The notes under the pieces: model-generated | Seen by the model: the letters and a program-made list of their open reading frames with translations, nothing else | The model's database searches: none | What the model was told of the DNA's origin: nothing | Shown here: positions 1 through 11,946 of the stretch, in pieces | Numbering within the stretch: position 1 is the first letter of the stretch | Layout of the letters: each line of letters opens with the position of its first letter | DNA from: Takakia lepidozioides | Lineage: Eukaryota > Plantae > Bryophyta | Assembly: GCA_030704615.1 (NCBI GenBank) | Contig: CM060733.1 | Location: forward strand, 12,834,001-12,898,000 | Direction of reading: 5' to 3' | Length of the DNA stretch: 64,000 nucleotides | Translations under genes and position numbers: made by a program

Positions 1-2607
1 TCACAAGTTATCCATGCAGCTCAACCAGAAATAATTGATTTGGAAAGTGAAGGGTTAGATATTCCAACTACAGAACAGATAGTGGCAGAAATAGAGAAGG
101 GGGACCTTCTCTATGAATATTCTGGTCTGGTCAAGGAGACAGAAATCCCAGAGGTGCAACAGTTGCCCAAGGGAAATCCTGAGGTGCATATAATACACAC
201 ACCTGTGTCGGAGGTACCACAGGCGGAAGGTCATGACACTGTAGCACCGGTGATAGATGAAGTAGTTCAGGAAGAAAATCCGGTGGGACAATGGCCTGAA
301 TGGTTAGTGAGACATCACACTGTTGAAGATCAGGAGGAACAGCAGCAACCTCACCATGATGACCCTCAACAGGCAATGCTGATGAGTTCCATAGGCAGGA
401 CACTTAATTTGTTGGGGACTTATGTCAAATCCCATGTTCCAATTACCCAATTGACAGCCTTGAAAGAGGAACTCAGGAAGGAGTTTGAGGCTCGACTTGC
501 CACTGAGTGTGCAAACAAGGTCGATGAAGAGGTCACTCTCAAGATGAAGCAGGACTTGGGAAATACAGAAATGGCTTTGCAATTGGCCAAGCAACAATTG
601 ATTGAGGCAGGCCTCGCGCAAGACCAGTTGCACGAAGCACATAAGCAACAGCTATATCAAATGCAGGTGCAGCATGAAAGCAAGTTGCAAGAACTGAATG
701 CACTACATACGGAGTTGCAGACAGTGCATAACAGGATGGCGATACAATGTGCTACATTCACAACTATGCTTGACCAATCTACAAAAGAAATAAACAGTCA
801 AGCGGAAAAATGTACGAAGGCAGAAGAAGAGAATGTTGAGCAAATGAAGCTCATTGTAGATATGAAGAATACAATCTGTCGCAATGAAGATACTTTCAAG
901 CAATACAGGCAGATTGAAGCTGATCAAGAGAAGCACATCGTGGAGTTGCAACAAACCATCATGGCCAATAGAAATGAAATCGCGGTCAATAACAAGGCTT
1001 GGAAGGAAGCCAATAATCTACTTGCTGCTTATGCGCAATTGGTTGAACCTCAGGCGAAGCGCATGGAGGCTTTACAACAGCAGTTGGAATTGTACAAGCT
1101 AAGAGAGGAGCAAACTCTCAGGGGAACCACAAGCAACTTGGTGGATAACAGCCTTATGCAGGTCTGGTTAGCACAAGGGCCAGTAGAGGGCAAAGCACCA
1201 CGGAAGCTCACCCAAAGCGAGATGAATGAGCTCAGGCTGCAGGTGCAGAACATTGCCACAACTACTATAGACAGTGTCTATAGTAGGATAGCAGAGTTAC
1301 AAGAGGATGTAGACGGACTCCAGACTCAAGTGGAAGACCTCACTTCAAACATCGACCAAAGAGTCTGTATCCCTCAGGAACAGCTAATGGCTTCTTATTT
1401 ACAAGCCAGAACTTTGGCTTTTCAGTCTTCACAGGAGGTGCAGGAGATGCCAATGATACAAGAGCCAGTACCACCACCACCACAACAAGTCACTGTACCA
1501 GTAGCTGAACCTGTGGTTACTACAACCACACCACAGCCACCACAGCAGGAGGTATGGGGCAATGCCGCTTTTAACCCACCTAAAACTCCAGCTGCAAGGG
1601 AGTACAGTAGGGCTATGATTATGCCCTTCAACCAAATTCCCATCATGTTGGATTTGGCTTGGAAAGAATTTAGTCCTCCGCAGTCATTCGCACATTACTA
1701 CCAAATCATGCGTATTTGGCTGCCAGTGGCAACTAGGACTAAGGTTCTTCCGAACAATCGACACATTGAAGATCATCACTTTGCACAATACTGGCACGAG
1801 GCAGGTACCATGTTGAGGGAATTGATTGCTTTCCAGGTTGTACATGGACTCATTTATACCAAGACCAAGGAGATAGCAAGTATTGTCATGGGGTGCGGGT
1901 TATACTACGCTGCTTGTTTTCTGGTACGTTACCACATTGAGCAACAAAAGATGCAAACACGCTTTCAAAGTTATTCCAGTGGAGATCATTGGGTATTACC
2001 TTCGGTGCCACCTCATATGTACCTATATGACCCAAAAGTTATGATGCAAAAGGATTCTCAAATTCGTTCATGGTTTCAAGCGGCCTGCAACCATTTGTCA
2101 ACACAGAAATTCGGCATTGATGACATTTTCTATAAGGGACATGTGGCATGGAAGTACTTGCACGCTGCACCAGTAATTGGTACCCCACTCACCTGGACAG
2201 ACAAGGAGCTCAGTGTCTACACCAATTTTGCTGTTCAGCGGTTACACCATGTTGTAAAATACAAACTTCCAGACATGGTAGGACAGCATTGTATGCCCCA
2301 GATGATTACACAAAAAGTTCGAAAATTAAAACACCTGAGAGGCGATGAGGATTCTGATACAACTGTTTCTTCACCGAATTCTTTTGACATGGGAGAAGAC
2401 TATGCAATTCAGATGGAAGAGAAGAAGCGAAGGGGATCTCCTATGCCGGAAAGGTTACCTCGATATCAGCCTCCAGAGGGCCTCACTTATCCAGGTAGTG
2501 ATCAACCATCTCCGTCAACCAGAGACAGAGCTCGGGCTCGTACACACAGTCCGCCAAGAAATTCTCAACGTCAAGAAGGTGCTCACTCACAAAGGTTTGC
2601 TAGTTGA
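1..2607 (+). CDS. Large uncharacterised coiled-coil protein; probable extra (3') ORF of an LTR retrotransposon; 5'-truncated by the window
   Basis: Frame is open from base 1 to TAG at 2605-2607 (at least 868 codons). It has an acidic N-part, a long Q/E/L heptad-rich segment, a Pro-rich linker and an aromatic-rich C-terminal domain, with no RT/IN/gag motifs. It ends ~30 bp before a PPT and LTR. Confidence 0.75.
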   Translation, partial: SQVIHAAQPEIIDLESEGLDIPTTEQIVAEIEKGDLLYEYSGLVKETEIPEVQQLPKGNPEVHIIHTPVSEVPQAEGHDTVAPVIDEVVQEENPVGQWPEWLVRHHTVEDQEEQQQPHHDDPQQAMLMSSIGRTLNLLGTYVKSHVPITQLTALKEELRKEFEARLATECANKVDEEVTLKMKQDLGNTEMALQLAKQQLIEAGLAQDQLHEAHKQQLYQMQVQHESKLQELNALHTELQTVHNRMAIQCATFTTMLDQSTKEINSQAEKCTKAEEENVEQMKLIVDMKNTICRNEDTFKQYRQIEADQEKHIVELQQTIMANRNEIAVNNKAWKEANNLLAAYAQLVEPQAKRMEALQQQLELYKLREEQTLRGTTSNLVDNSLMQVWLAQGPVEGKAPRKLTQSEMNELRLQVQNIATTTIDSVYSRIAELQEDVDGLQTQVEDLTSNIDQRVCIPQEQLMASYLQARTLAFQSSQEVQEMPMIQEPVPPPPQQVTVPVAEPVVTTTTPQPPQQEVWGNAAFNPPKTPAAREYSRAMIMPFNQIPIMLDLAWKEFSPPQSFAHYYQIMRIWLPVATRTKVLPNNRHIEDHHFAQYWHEAGTMLRELIAFQVVHGLIYTKTKEIASIVMGCGLYYAACFLVRYHIEQQKMQTRFQSYSSGDHWVLPSVPPHMYLYDPKVMMQKDSQIRSWFQAACNHLSTQKFGIDDIFYKGHVAWKYLHAAPVIGTPLTWTDKELSVYTNFAVQRLHHVVKYKLPDMVGQHCMPQMITQKVRKLKHLRGDEDSDTTVSSPNSFDMGEDYAIQMEEKKRRGSPMPERLPRYQPPEGLTYPGSDQPSPSTRDRARARTHSPPRNSQRQEGAHSQRFAS

Positions 2608-2637
2608 AATCAGTAAACCGTGAGGACACGGCTTTTT

Positions 2638-2651
2638 GAGGGGGGAAGGGG
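2638..2651 (+). promoter_or_regulatory. Polypurine tract (PPT) of LTR retrotransposon
   Basis: GAGGGGGGAAGGGG preceded by TGAGGACACGGCTTTTT (typical Ty3/gypsy context) and followed by TAA|TGTTAG. Confidence 0.75.
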
Positions 2652-2776
2652 TAATGTTAGAGGACTGTCGGGGACTTAGACACTTATACGGGATCTGTAG
2701 GGTACCCTTAATTTTTGCACAGACTGAGACCAACAGGAGCCTTAGGGGTGACAGCAGCGCACTGTAGAGGGGGGTT

Positions 2777-2990
2777 ACACAGCCCGTCACAGCCGTCACA
2801 GTCGTCACAGCAGACACAGCCCGGCACAGCCAACACAGCCCGTCACAGTCGTCACAGCAGACACAGCCGACACAGCCGACACAGCCCGGCACAGCCACAC
2901 AGCCAGTCACAGCCCGACACAGCCAAACACAGTCGCACAGCCAGTCACAGCCCGTCACAGTTTCACACAGCCAGTCACAGCTTGACAGCT
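2777..2990 (+). repeat. Degenerate CACAGC(C)-based minisatellite inside LTR
   Basis: Recurrent (G/T)CACAGCC/CACAGTCG units of ~9-10 bp. Confidence 0.85.
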
Positions 2991-3134
2991 GTCATGATCA
3001 TAGGGAACGAAGAGTAGGACAGGGAACGACTGTGGGGAACAACACCTGCGAAGGGAACATGTTAGTTCACAGACGACGGTTAGTGAGGGAAACGGTTAGA
3101 ACCGCGGATAGGAAGATAAAGGGAGAAACGGGGG

Positions 3135-3252
3135 ATTCGGAGGGGGACTTCTTGGTGATAGATCATTCGGAAGGGGACTTCTTGGTGATAGATCATTCGG
3201 AGGAGGACTTCTTGGTGATAGATCATTCGGAGGGGGACTTCTTGGTGATAGA
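3135..3252 (+). repeat. 30-bp tandem repeat, ~3.9 copies, inside LTR
   Basis: ATTCGGAGGGGGACTTCTTGGTGATAGATC at 3135, 3165, 3195, 3225. Confidence 0.95.
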
Positions 3253-5134
3253 GGAGAGGGGATCGGGCAGAGATGAAGAACGGAAGTGAAGATAGAGAGA
3301 TGATGAATAGATGCTTGATATATGCAAGGCTGTAATGATATTGTAGAGGAGATTAGAGACACAATGGCTTCGGCCTGATACCTGATAAATCATAATCGGA
3401 TACTTTTACGATACAAACACACTGTGTAGAGAGATCTGAGTGAAGATGTGGAATGAATGGATGAGTTGATGGAATCCAATAGATTGATAAAGCAAACTGA
3501 TACTTAATTATCAATGGTAAGATAGTTAACATGAATACCAAAAGGGAAACAAATAGGAAACACCCCCATGATACACTAGCTGTAGGTCATGACTGATTGC
3601 TCTGCGCGGGCTGAGTACTTAGAGATTTCCAACTCTTCAATCTTGGAGTTTCTGCCTCGAATAGCGAAGGGATGGGTGAGTAAAAGCCGCGCGACAGGCT
3701 GAGGCACCCTTGAGTGCCCAAGGCACTCAGGGAAGCGGAGGCGCTCACTAGGTGGAGCCCCGCACACCGGGTTGCGGTGGGGGTGGCTCCACAAGGGGTG
3801 GTGGTAGCTTAGTGGGACTTAGTGGGGGTGGCATAGGACTCACCATGGGGGCGGAGACCTCGTGGTGGGAGTCGTGGGGAGTCTTGGGACTCATCACGGT
3901 CCATAGGGGCCGTGGTGAGCGGGCCAAGACTCACCGCGACTCACCACCGGGAATCGAGGGTCTTCGTGGTGGTTCGCCATAAAATGGCATGGCTGGTTGT
4001 GAAACCCCCGCGGACAGCTACAGAAGTATATATAGGGAGTAGTAACCCCGAGAACGGTGCAAGCCCGTTGGTGACCAAAAGCTAGTGAGTAAGCGAGCGA
4101 GCCGGAAAGCGACCAAAGAGTGGGGAGCTGTTCCGGACTGCCATTTACCAAAGGGAATTCTCCTAGTCCCAATTAGGTGGAGGGTTTTAGAGGGAAGCGA
4201 AAGGGGACCGTTATGTCCCGGTGAGCAGCCGAAGCTCCAAGTTGGCCCGGGCGGCCAGGTTGGGAGTCAGGCGCGCATCAAAGCGAGTAACTATGACTTG
4301 AAGGGGAGTTTACCGAAGTGGGGTGCGCGACACACGTGGTCTAGCAGTACTCCTGGCCGTGGTCTGCTGCTGAACTGATGTTATTGGTCTGCTACTTCCA
4401 CGGAGTCGAGTGTACTGTCTTGGTCTACCCCTGTACTGTATTGGTCTGTTTCATGTGGTCTGTGGTGTAGGTCTGTTCATTTTTATATATGATGTACACT
4501 TTTGTGGAACATTTCGTTAGTCTGCTGTTGTGGTCTACTGTCATTTGTGGTCGATGTTTTGTATTGAGTACTGCTCCACGTGGTCTGCTGGTGAACCGAT
4601 GTTATTGATCTCTCGATGTATGCAGTACTCCTCGCTGAGGTCTGCTGCTGAATTGATGTTATTGGTCTACTACCTCCACGAGGTGGACTTAGTTTGGACC
4701 ACGGTTGTTGGTCTGCTCCATGAGATAGTGGTATACTAAATTTGGTGGTCGCCTGAATGTGGGGCATAGGTCAGACCCATCATTAGTCGAGTGTACTGTC
4801 TTTGTGTACCCTTGTACTGTATTGGTCTGCTTCATTGAGCTATGTTTGCTTCATTACTCTACTACATTTGTTTACTGGTTCAGTTTGGCTCATTTATTGA
4901 CTTCACTGGTCTCCTTCATCAAACCTTTAAAAAGCACATTAAGGGAGTCGCAGATGCTCTGCCGCATTGGTCTACTACAAGTCAGTGCTGGTCTACTGTA
5001 GGTGATCTGCGATCATGGTCTGCCGCATTGGACAATTGCAGGTGACAATTGGTCTACCGCATTGGACAACTGCACGTCCTTTCCTTAGTTAGATTGATCC
5101 TTCTTTCTCAGTTCTGGACGATGAGACACCCGCC

Positions 5135-6566
5135 TCAGAGCCGAGTAAATATGGCTAACAGGGGGAAGGGCAGACACACGTTTCCCCTTAGTTTCATTTT
5201 CCGCCGAGCTTGAAAATGTTCCACAAAATCTTTTTTCCTCTTCAATGACATGTTGTTGTTGTCTTTTACACGATTGAACGCTCGTGCTGCAGCTGGGTGT
5301 AACATGTTGGAAGCTTTTTTGACGAGGATGTCCTGCATCTGCCCTCGGCAAACACGCACCGCAGACAACCAATGGTGTATAAGGGATGCGTCATTGTGTA
5401 CAAGGTCAAGCAGGTCGGTTATCTCCCGTTTCAAAATAGCTTCCAACAGGTCTGGCGTGAGCAACGACTCTGCCGTGTTCGGGGTTGCGCTTGCACGCAC
5501 ATTGTCGTTACCGCTTTCGATAACACATGCTGCCATGTCGTCGTGTTCGTCCAAATTCTCCAGCCCACCGTGAACAGTGCCGAGATGGGAACCACATGTC
5601 CGGACAATGAGACCGTCTTGCAGGTCTGGTTTTGGCAACTTTATGACCCGAACCTGGTGCTTGCACAGATTGTCTTTTAGCGCCCACGGGCAGGTGCAAC
5701 AGGCCCACTGCGACTCTGGATTGAACACGGTGTACGTTGTATTCGGATTGGAGGAGCTGATCACGTAAGCAGGCTGCCCAGGCGCTGCAGGCAAAGTCAC
5801 ACATGAAAGAGGTATGTCACGGGCTGCACATATTGCACTGGAAATGTGATTTTCCTGTTTATCGTTGCGAATAAACACATGCGTCTTCAGATGAATGCCG
5901 TACCAGTAGTGGACCAGTACACGCCTAGTCAACTCCCATATGAGCCAATTAGTTCTTCGACCGGTCATTTTGCCTTTGCCCATATTAAGTCTCGCCTTTA
6001 AGTTTCCGTGGTATGCCTCGATGCTTGCATTAGTATCTTGGCTTGCATGTGGAATGTTGCGGGCAGCCGTACACCACATAGCGATTTTGGGAACCCAGTA
6101 CACATGAATGTAGTGGAGGAACAACTGACCAGCAAGATATTTCTTTTTCATTGCCTTCAATTTTTTCTTAACCCACTTCACAGCTTCGTCTTATTTCTGC
6201 GGTCCACCTCTGCAGTACATAAGGTCGCCCATATCTGCCAACAGTTTCGAGGATGTTCCCGGATCACTGATTTTCTGGCATGATTGCTTGACCCAGGCCT
6301 TCCGTACATGCCAAAGGCAAAGGAAAATGCATACTCCTGTGAAAACAGACCTGCATGCGGCCACAAAGTCAGAAGTGCCTAAACCGGGCATTCGTATTCA
6401 GCACTGCCACAAGCGTGAGACCAAACATGGCAGACCATATAGCAGACCCTAGAGCGGACCATAAGGCAGACCATAGGGCAGACCATAGGGCATATCAAGC
6501 TCCCAGGGCACCTCACCCCTGTGCACCAAACTCGCTGGGAACCCTCGGCAAACACTCAATGCTGCA

Positions 6567-6624
<58 letters not shown>

Positions 6625-8490
6625 AGAGGGAGGGCCATAGGGCAGACCATAGGGCAGAATGAGATGTGGCATACCGGATTCAGTACCGCCACAAGCGTGA
6701 GACCAGACAGGGCAGACCTTGCAGCGGACCATATAGCAGACCATAGGGCAGATTGAGATGTGGCATACCGGATTGCATTGATTTCTGCTTCAACGTCGTT
6801 GACAATGAAGGCATTTGGCCCCCAGGTGGGCTTTTCCTGAAGGAGGGCATCACGCAATGCTAGCATCCACGGGATAAGGTCTGATGTTCGATTGCGTGCT
6901 GACAATATGTATGCAACCGGAATTCCGTTCAACCATTGGTTGAACACCATAAATGTGTACAAGGGGAACTGCATGAAATGACAATTTGTAGCAGACCAGT
7001 GTCGTACTGACAGGGCCTATTTTAACAGGGTGTACTAGCACAGGGTCTACTGCAATAGGGTGAAAACGCACATGGTGTACTGCAACTTGGTGAACACGCA
7101 CAGGGTCTACTGTAACAGGGTGAACACGCAAAAGGGTCTGCCCTAAAACAAAGTGCAGTGGAAGGTCTGCTGGAACAGGGTGTACTGGGACAGGGTCTAC
7201 AACAGTTAGGTCTATCGGGATTGAGGACGAATAAGCAATGCACCACAAGAGTGGGAGACCAATGTAGTATGCTATCATGCTAGCAGAAGCCCGTGGAGAG
7301 GGTCCATGGCAGACCTTGTGATGGTTAGTTCCAAATGTAGCGTCGCAAGCTACGATGCGCGCATGGCCCAAGTCCAACATCTTCTGCCGCTGCCAAGGAG
7401 TCTGAATCCCAATGGTGAAGGTCAAATCTCCATCAAAATGTTGAAATTTGGGTGCCAATGATTCTTCCTAATAGAAGAAGACCGAGTCCGGGTTTTGATC
7501 TTTCCACATACGCACGGATTGTGCGTCATTAGCGTGTTTTTTGAATGTCTGCCAGGCTCGTTTTTCAGCGAGATTTCGGACATCTTGCTTGAGGAGAAAG
7601 TCGTCGCGTGTCCATGCGTCTCCCAAGCCGCTGTTCTGCATGACGTGCTCCTTGTGTTCAATCATGACTTGGGCGACACTCAAGCCTCGAGACAAGCATT
7701 CCATGATCCACTTTTTGAGCTCCTCGCTAATATGTGAAGCATAAGCATATCGGCTGAAATGGAACTCAGAATATCCGCCATGAGAGGGTTTTCCGGACAC
7801 ATCCAGGTGTTGCATGTTGTTATAATATGTGATGACCCCAATGTCTGGAGCAAGATAATATTGCGAGACTTTGAAACAACAGAGATACCCACGCTTGTCA
7901 CCGTATTGGCTTTTCTTTCGTCTTGGACCTTTGTGACGATTACTGCTTCCAGCCCCAACGTCCGGACCTCCTCGCTTGACTTTAGGATCCGTGACAGTCA
8001 AATTGTTGGTGCGCTTGTCCTCTGGTCCATAGCAACACTGATACCTGGACAGGGTCGTATGTCATTGACACCCATGGAGTTCTGCAAGCATGTAAGACAG
8101 CCTAAACCCTATCTACATATGATGCATGTACATGTCCAGCAAGCACAAGCACAGGGCATGAACAAAGAGGCAGTGCGGGAATATGGTACATACATGACAG
8201 AGGTTAGATATGTGTTAGCTCTTGGAGCTCTTTGCGGTCCGGACTTCGCGTTAACATGCACATTTATGTAAAATTGGGTGGAACACCCGTCTCTACTCTC
8301 CTCTCCAAGTACAAAGTCGGGCACTCTCTGCCAGGGAATACAGGCCGTGCAAACCCGCACTTGAGAGCCCATGTATCCAGAGCGACTCTCGTTCTTTCAG
8401 TAAAGGTCTTTGCAAGAAAATGGCCCATCCTTTGGTGTTTGAAGACATTATCGTAGTGGACGTATAAGAATGCTTTCTGGTTGGGCATCG
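5135..8490 (-). pseudogene. Spliced MULE transposase with SWIM zinc finger (At1g60560-like family), inactivated
   Basis: Exonic motifs IPWQRVPDFVLGE, YQCCYGPED, IGIQTPWQ, ACDATFGTN|FPLYT, FIVNDVEAE, LCLWHVRKAW, DTNASIEAYH and SWIM CTCPWALKDNLCKH. Premature TAG at 7468-7470, frameshift near 6185, expected second catalytic D reads N. GT-AG introns, e.g. donor ~6767 and acceptor 6351. Confidence 0.85.
6570..6620. repeat. (GA)n microsatellite in MULE intron
   Basis: About 25 GA units. Confidence 0.95.
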
Positions 8491-9147
8491 ACGGCCGCTG
8501 CCATATACACTGCAGTACCCCTTCGCGCACTCGAAAGCACCTGCAATACGACTTGGAAAAGTGGAAGCAAAGGACGACAACACACATGTTCTTGGCAGGA
8601 CGGAAGCGCGTTGGCAGGAACAGACCAGAGGGAGGAAAAGATCGATGAAACAGTCTTCGCCCACGATTGGCGGCGGCTGCCATGCCCTAAATCCGGGCGG
8701 CTACGATAGCAGCGCGGCATCACAGTGAGATGGCGGCACATCATCTGGGATGCGTTTGGGTCTGCCGGATCGGGCTGCTTGGCGGCAGACCCAGCAGACC
8801 CAGCAGCGGGCAGACCGATCTTGGGCAGACCCACTGGGGATCCGATGGCGGGCGGACCCAGCGGCGAGGGCGGGCGGCTGCGGGGCTAGGCGGCCGCGGT
8901 GCGCGGCTGGCAGGTGGGGGTGGGCGGGGCGGGGGAGGGCGACCCCGCGTCCGTGCGCCCTGTCCCACACGCGTGACATAAACTCCCAATTATTCAAAAA
9001 TGAGAGGCTTTTCTTGTATGGTGAATGTCGCATTTGTATCATAGTGGAACCTTGCGTTGTCATGTAGTGGAGTTGTTGTTGGTGTATTGCGATCAGAACC
9101 GTGTGCAAAGTTTGTGTGAACTGTTTGAATATGGATGCTTAAGTTAA

Positions 9148-10357
9148 CCCCTAAAGGACAAGGGCCAATTTTTGCCAAGACCTCAAAAACTGGACCCTGG
9201 CCCTCTAAAACATTTATATCTTGAGATTTACTAAGGCCCTGTAAAACTAACCGTTGGAATATACTCTCAACTACCCCACCTACGACCACAAAAACCCTGT
9301 CTAAATCCAACCAGCAGATCCAAAGAATATAATGTCTAAAGTGGTGCAAAACAAAAACAACATGAAGTAAATAGGGAAAACAAAAGTGCTTTTTCTATCG
9401 AATTTCCCATCTGCAAACTGGTCTGACATGACACTCTCCAGAATCTGGTGCCCTGTCATATAAGACACCGTCCCTGCAAATTTCATCTTTTTCTGACATA
9501 AGATCAGGTGGGCCGCTTTGTATGCTAAAAATGGGGGGTCAAATTTGGGGTTTTCCTTCGGGCAGGCAAAAAGGTTTGTTCAGAAAATTGAGGAAAAAGT
9601 TTGAGCCGTTCAGTTGGCAATCGCTCCGGTGGGAATGTTGTGGGTGGGTATGGCTTTTCCGCAAAAAAATTTCGGGCCAATCTGAGTCTCCTACTAGGTC
9701 TTTTTACCCCCTGCCCATGAGACTTGCAATTGCACCTATGTGGGCCTATAATTTTTGGGCAGTAGCCCTCTCTTGTGGAGGGTTTTAGGGGGTGCCTCAT
9801 CCTACCCGTCCCTAAATTGATTAGGCCTCCACCCCTCCCAAGGCATGTCCACTCCCCCACCCAGGTTCGGTCTCGAGCTGCGCACCGCTGTGCATCAATT
9901 GAATCTCCTCCCACGCTCCCCCCCACAACAACAGGTTTGACACCAAACCACACCCGGAGCTACCATCACCATTGATTCCAGCTTGGGGATTAGGCATGGA
10001 GATCTTCGAGGCAGGTCGGCTGCGGGTGCCATTTAGGGGTAAGTGGCGCAATAAAGGGTGTTGGGAGACGCGCCACCCTCCCATGGGGGGTGCATGGAAT
10101 TTCACCCTAACCTGACCCTAGTTGCCACGTCATCCTCAGGGCAGGTTAGATGGTGGAAAGTGGCCTCAAAATCACGAATGTGGCGGACTCTACGCTCTCC
10201 ACGTGGCAATTGCCAGGTCGTATGACCAATTGGGAAATGCCACGTCATACCTGACTTGATTTCCAATCGAATGAGCCTATGTGGGCCCACATCAGGCTTC
10301 ACCAGCCTGTTTTCTAAACCCAACCGACCCAAGTTGGGTCGTTTTGACACTTAGGGG
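9148..10357 (-). mobile_element. Non-autonomous piggyBac-type element (1210 bp)
   Basis: TTAA at 9144-9147 and 10358-10361; termini CCCCTAA...TTAGGGG. Subterminal palindrome CGACCCAAGTTGGGTCG matches CCGACCCGAATCGGGTCGG of the 57563 element; the other end (CCCCTAAAGGACAAG) resembles that element's right end. Confidence 0.8.
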
Positions 10358-11946
10358 TTAAAGGAAACTGTGAGAGCAGGAATTCCCGCCATGTCTTATT
10401 TGTTTGGATGCAACTAGGCGAACAAAAATGAATATGCAGCGTAGTCCGTCAGGGGCATGGTATGAGGATTGTTGTAGGAGTATAGATCGGGGCTAAACTA
10501 GCTGAGGCGCTAAATAAAAAATTGAAAATACACATAAAAGGTGACAATATAAGGTTGCGACCTAAACAATAGCATGCAGTTGGGTATGTAGCAGAGATGT
10601 GCTAAAAAAAAGGCGGCGTTCCGCCCTCCTCTCTCCTCTCAGAAAGGGCGAATGGGTAATATTGACTTTGAAAAATGCACGGTGTTACGTGGTCCAAGCT
10701 CCGGCGCGGCGTGCCATGAGTTTTCATATTTTTCAATTTAAAATATGTAAATATTAATATGTTTTTTAAAAACCTTAATGAATTACATCTTATCAGGTGG
10801 CGGGGGTGCCAAGAAGCAAAAAAAAACATTACAGGGGTTCGGTGTTACACCGTTACAACACTTACTTCGAAGTGACCTCATGCGCCCCTGGTCAATAACA
10901 GTTGGCTTTCTTCTAATTGAAATCCGTTTTACACATCATGGTCTGCTGGAGGGTCTGCCAATCCGCTCGAAGGTGTGGAAAAACATGGAGACCCATCAAC
11001 GGATCTCAAGAAGCTAATCACCCTCTTCTTACAAATGTTCGCACCCTGAAGAGACAGGACCACCCCCTTTTGCACGAGGCTTGGGACTGGAACCCCCTAC
11101 CCCCCTGTACTATCTCCATCCTGCTTCTTGAGACACATTCAAGCTAATAAGATTTGGACACAGCAATTTATGCAAGACTGGTGTGCTAGGCAGGTCTTTC
11201 ACCTGTGTTGCCCAGAGAACACTCTTGTATGATCCTGTACAACTGAATGCATGCAGGCTCAGTGGCATAAGTGGAAGAGAGCACTGATAGAGGGTTTGGA
11301 GGTGTTATATCCATTTCATTCAGGGAAGGCATGCATATATCAGATCTTTACCCCAAAGCGGCAGTTTCGATCAAGTAACATGAATGAAATGCAGCTGCAC
11401 AGAGAGGGTCCATCTTCATGTCACTATTCCTCAGTGGGACTGAGATATATTCGTAAACCACATAGACTGGCCACAAAACATCACCGGTGGAAAGAGGCTA
11501 ATGCAGGGAAACTGCTCTGGGGCACTACAAATCTAAAAAGAACAGTTAGGATGAGAGGAACCAAATAGACTACTGCAGCCTCAGGCCGGTTTCAGATAGC
11601 TGTACACCTGGTATCTCCAAGACTAGGTTGCCTTGAGAGGTGCTAGACAATGGTATCCCTTTCCCCTCACTAAGTTTGAAAAGTGGCTAGAACATTTTAA
11701 TCAATTTCTTCCCACAAACCAAAGAAACACAAATCCATTGATTATTGAAGCTCGTCTGTCAGGCACATAAATCATAGTCTCCATTGCCCTGTACAGATCT
11801 GCTGAAATATATGCTCACAGCAAGAAATTATTTCACGCTGCAACAAGGACAAAAGATATTATTCTTGGGCCCACAAACCGAATCCTACCATGTACTTACC
11901 CATCATAACCACTTTCAAAAGATGCATGCAGGAGGCATAGAGGTAT

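Larger units (their letters stand above)
2655..4332 (+). mobile_element. 3' LTR (~1.68 kb) of a Ty3/gypsy-type retrotransposon
   Basis: Starts TGTTAG just after the PPT and ends GGGGTGCGCGACA. TATA-like TATATATA at ~4027. Sequence switches abruptly to unrelated repeats at 4333. The 5' LTR and TSD are outside the window. Confidence 0.65.
4333..8987 (-). mobile_element. Decayed Mutator-like (MULE/SWIM) DNA transposon; 3' region probably interrupted by the LTR element
   Basis: Contains the transposase pseudogene, a GC-rich 5' region ending GGGAGTTTATGTCAC on the minus strand (8987), and degenerate TGGTCTRC repeats downstream (4333-5075). The second terminus is not in the window. Confidence 0.55.

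Noticed and set aside
3135-3252. CRISPR-like 30-bp repeats (also 31749-31925)
   Set aside because: Units are contiguous with no unique spacers, there are no cas genes, and the context is eukaryotic.
2587-3362. Cys/Val-, Ser/His- and Pro-rich ORFs
   Set aside because: They are translations of LTR minisatellites.
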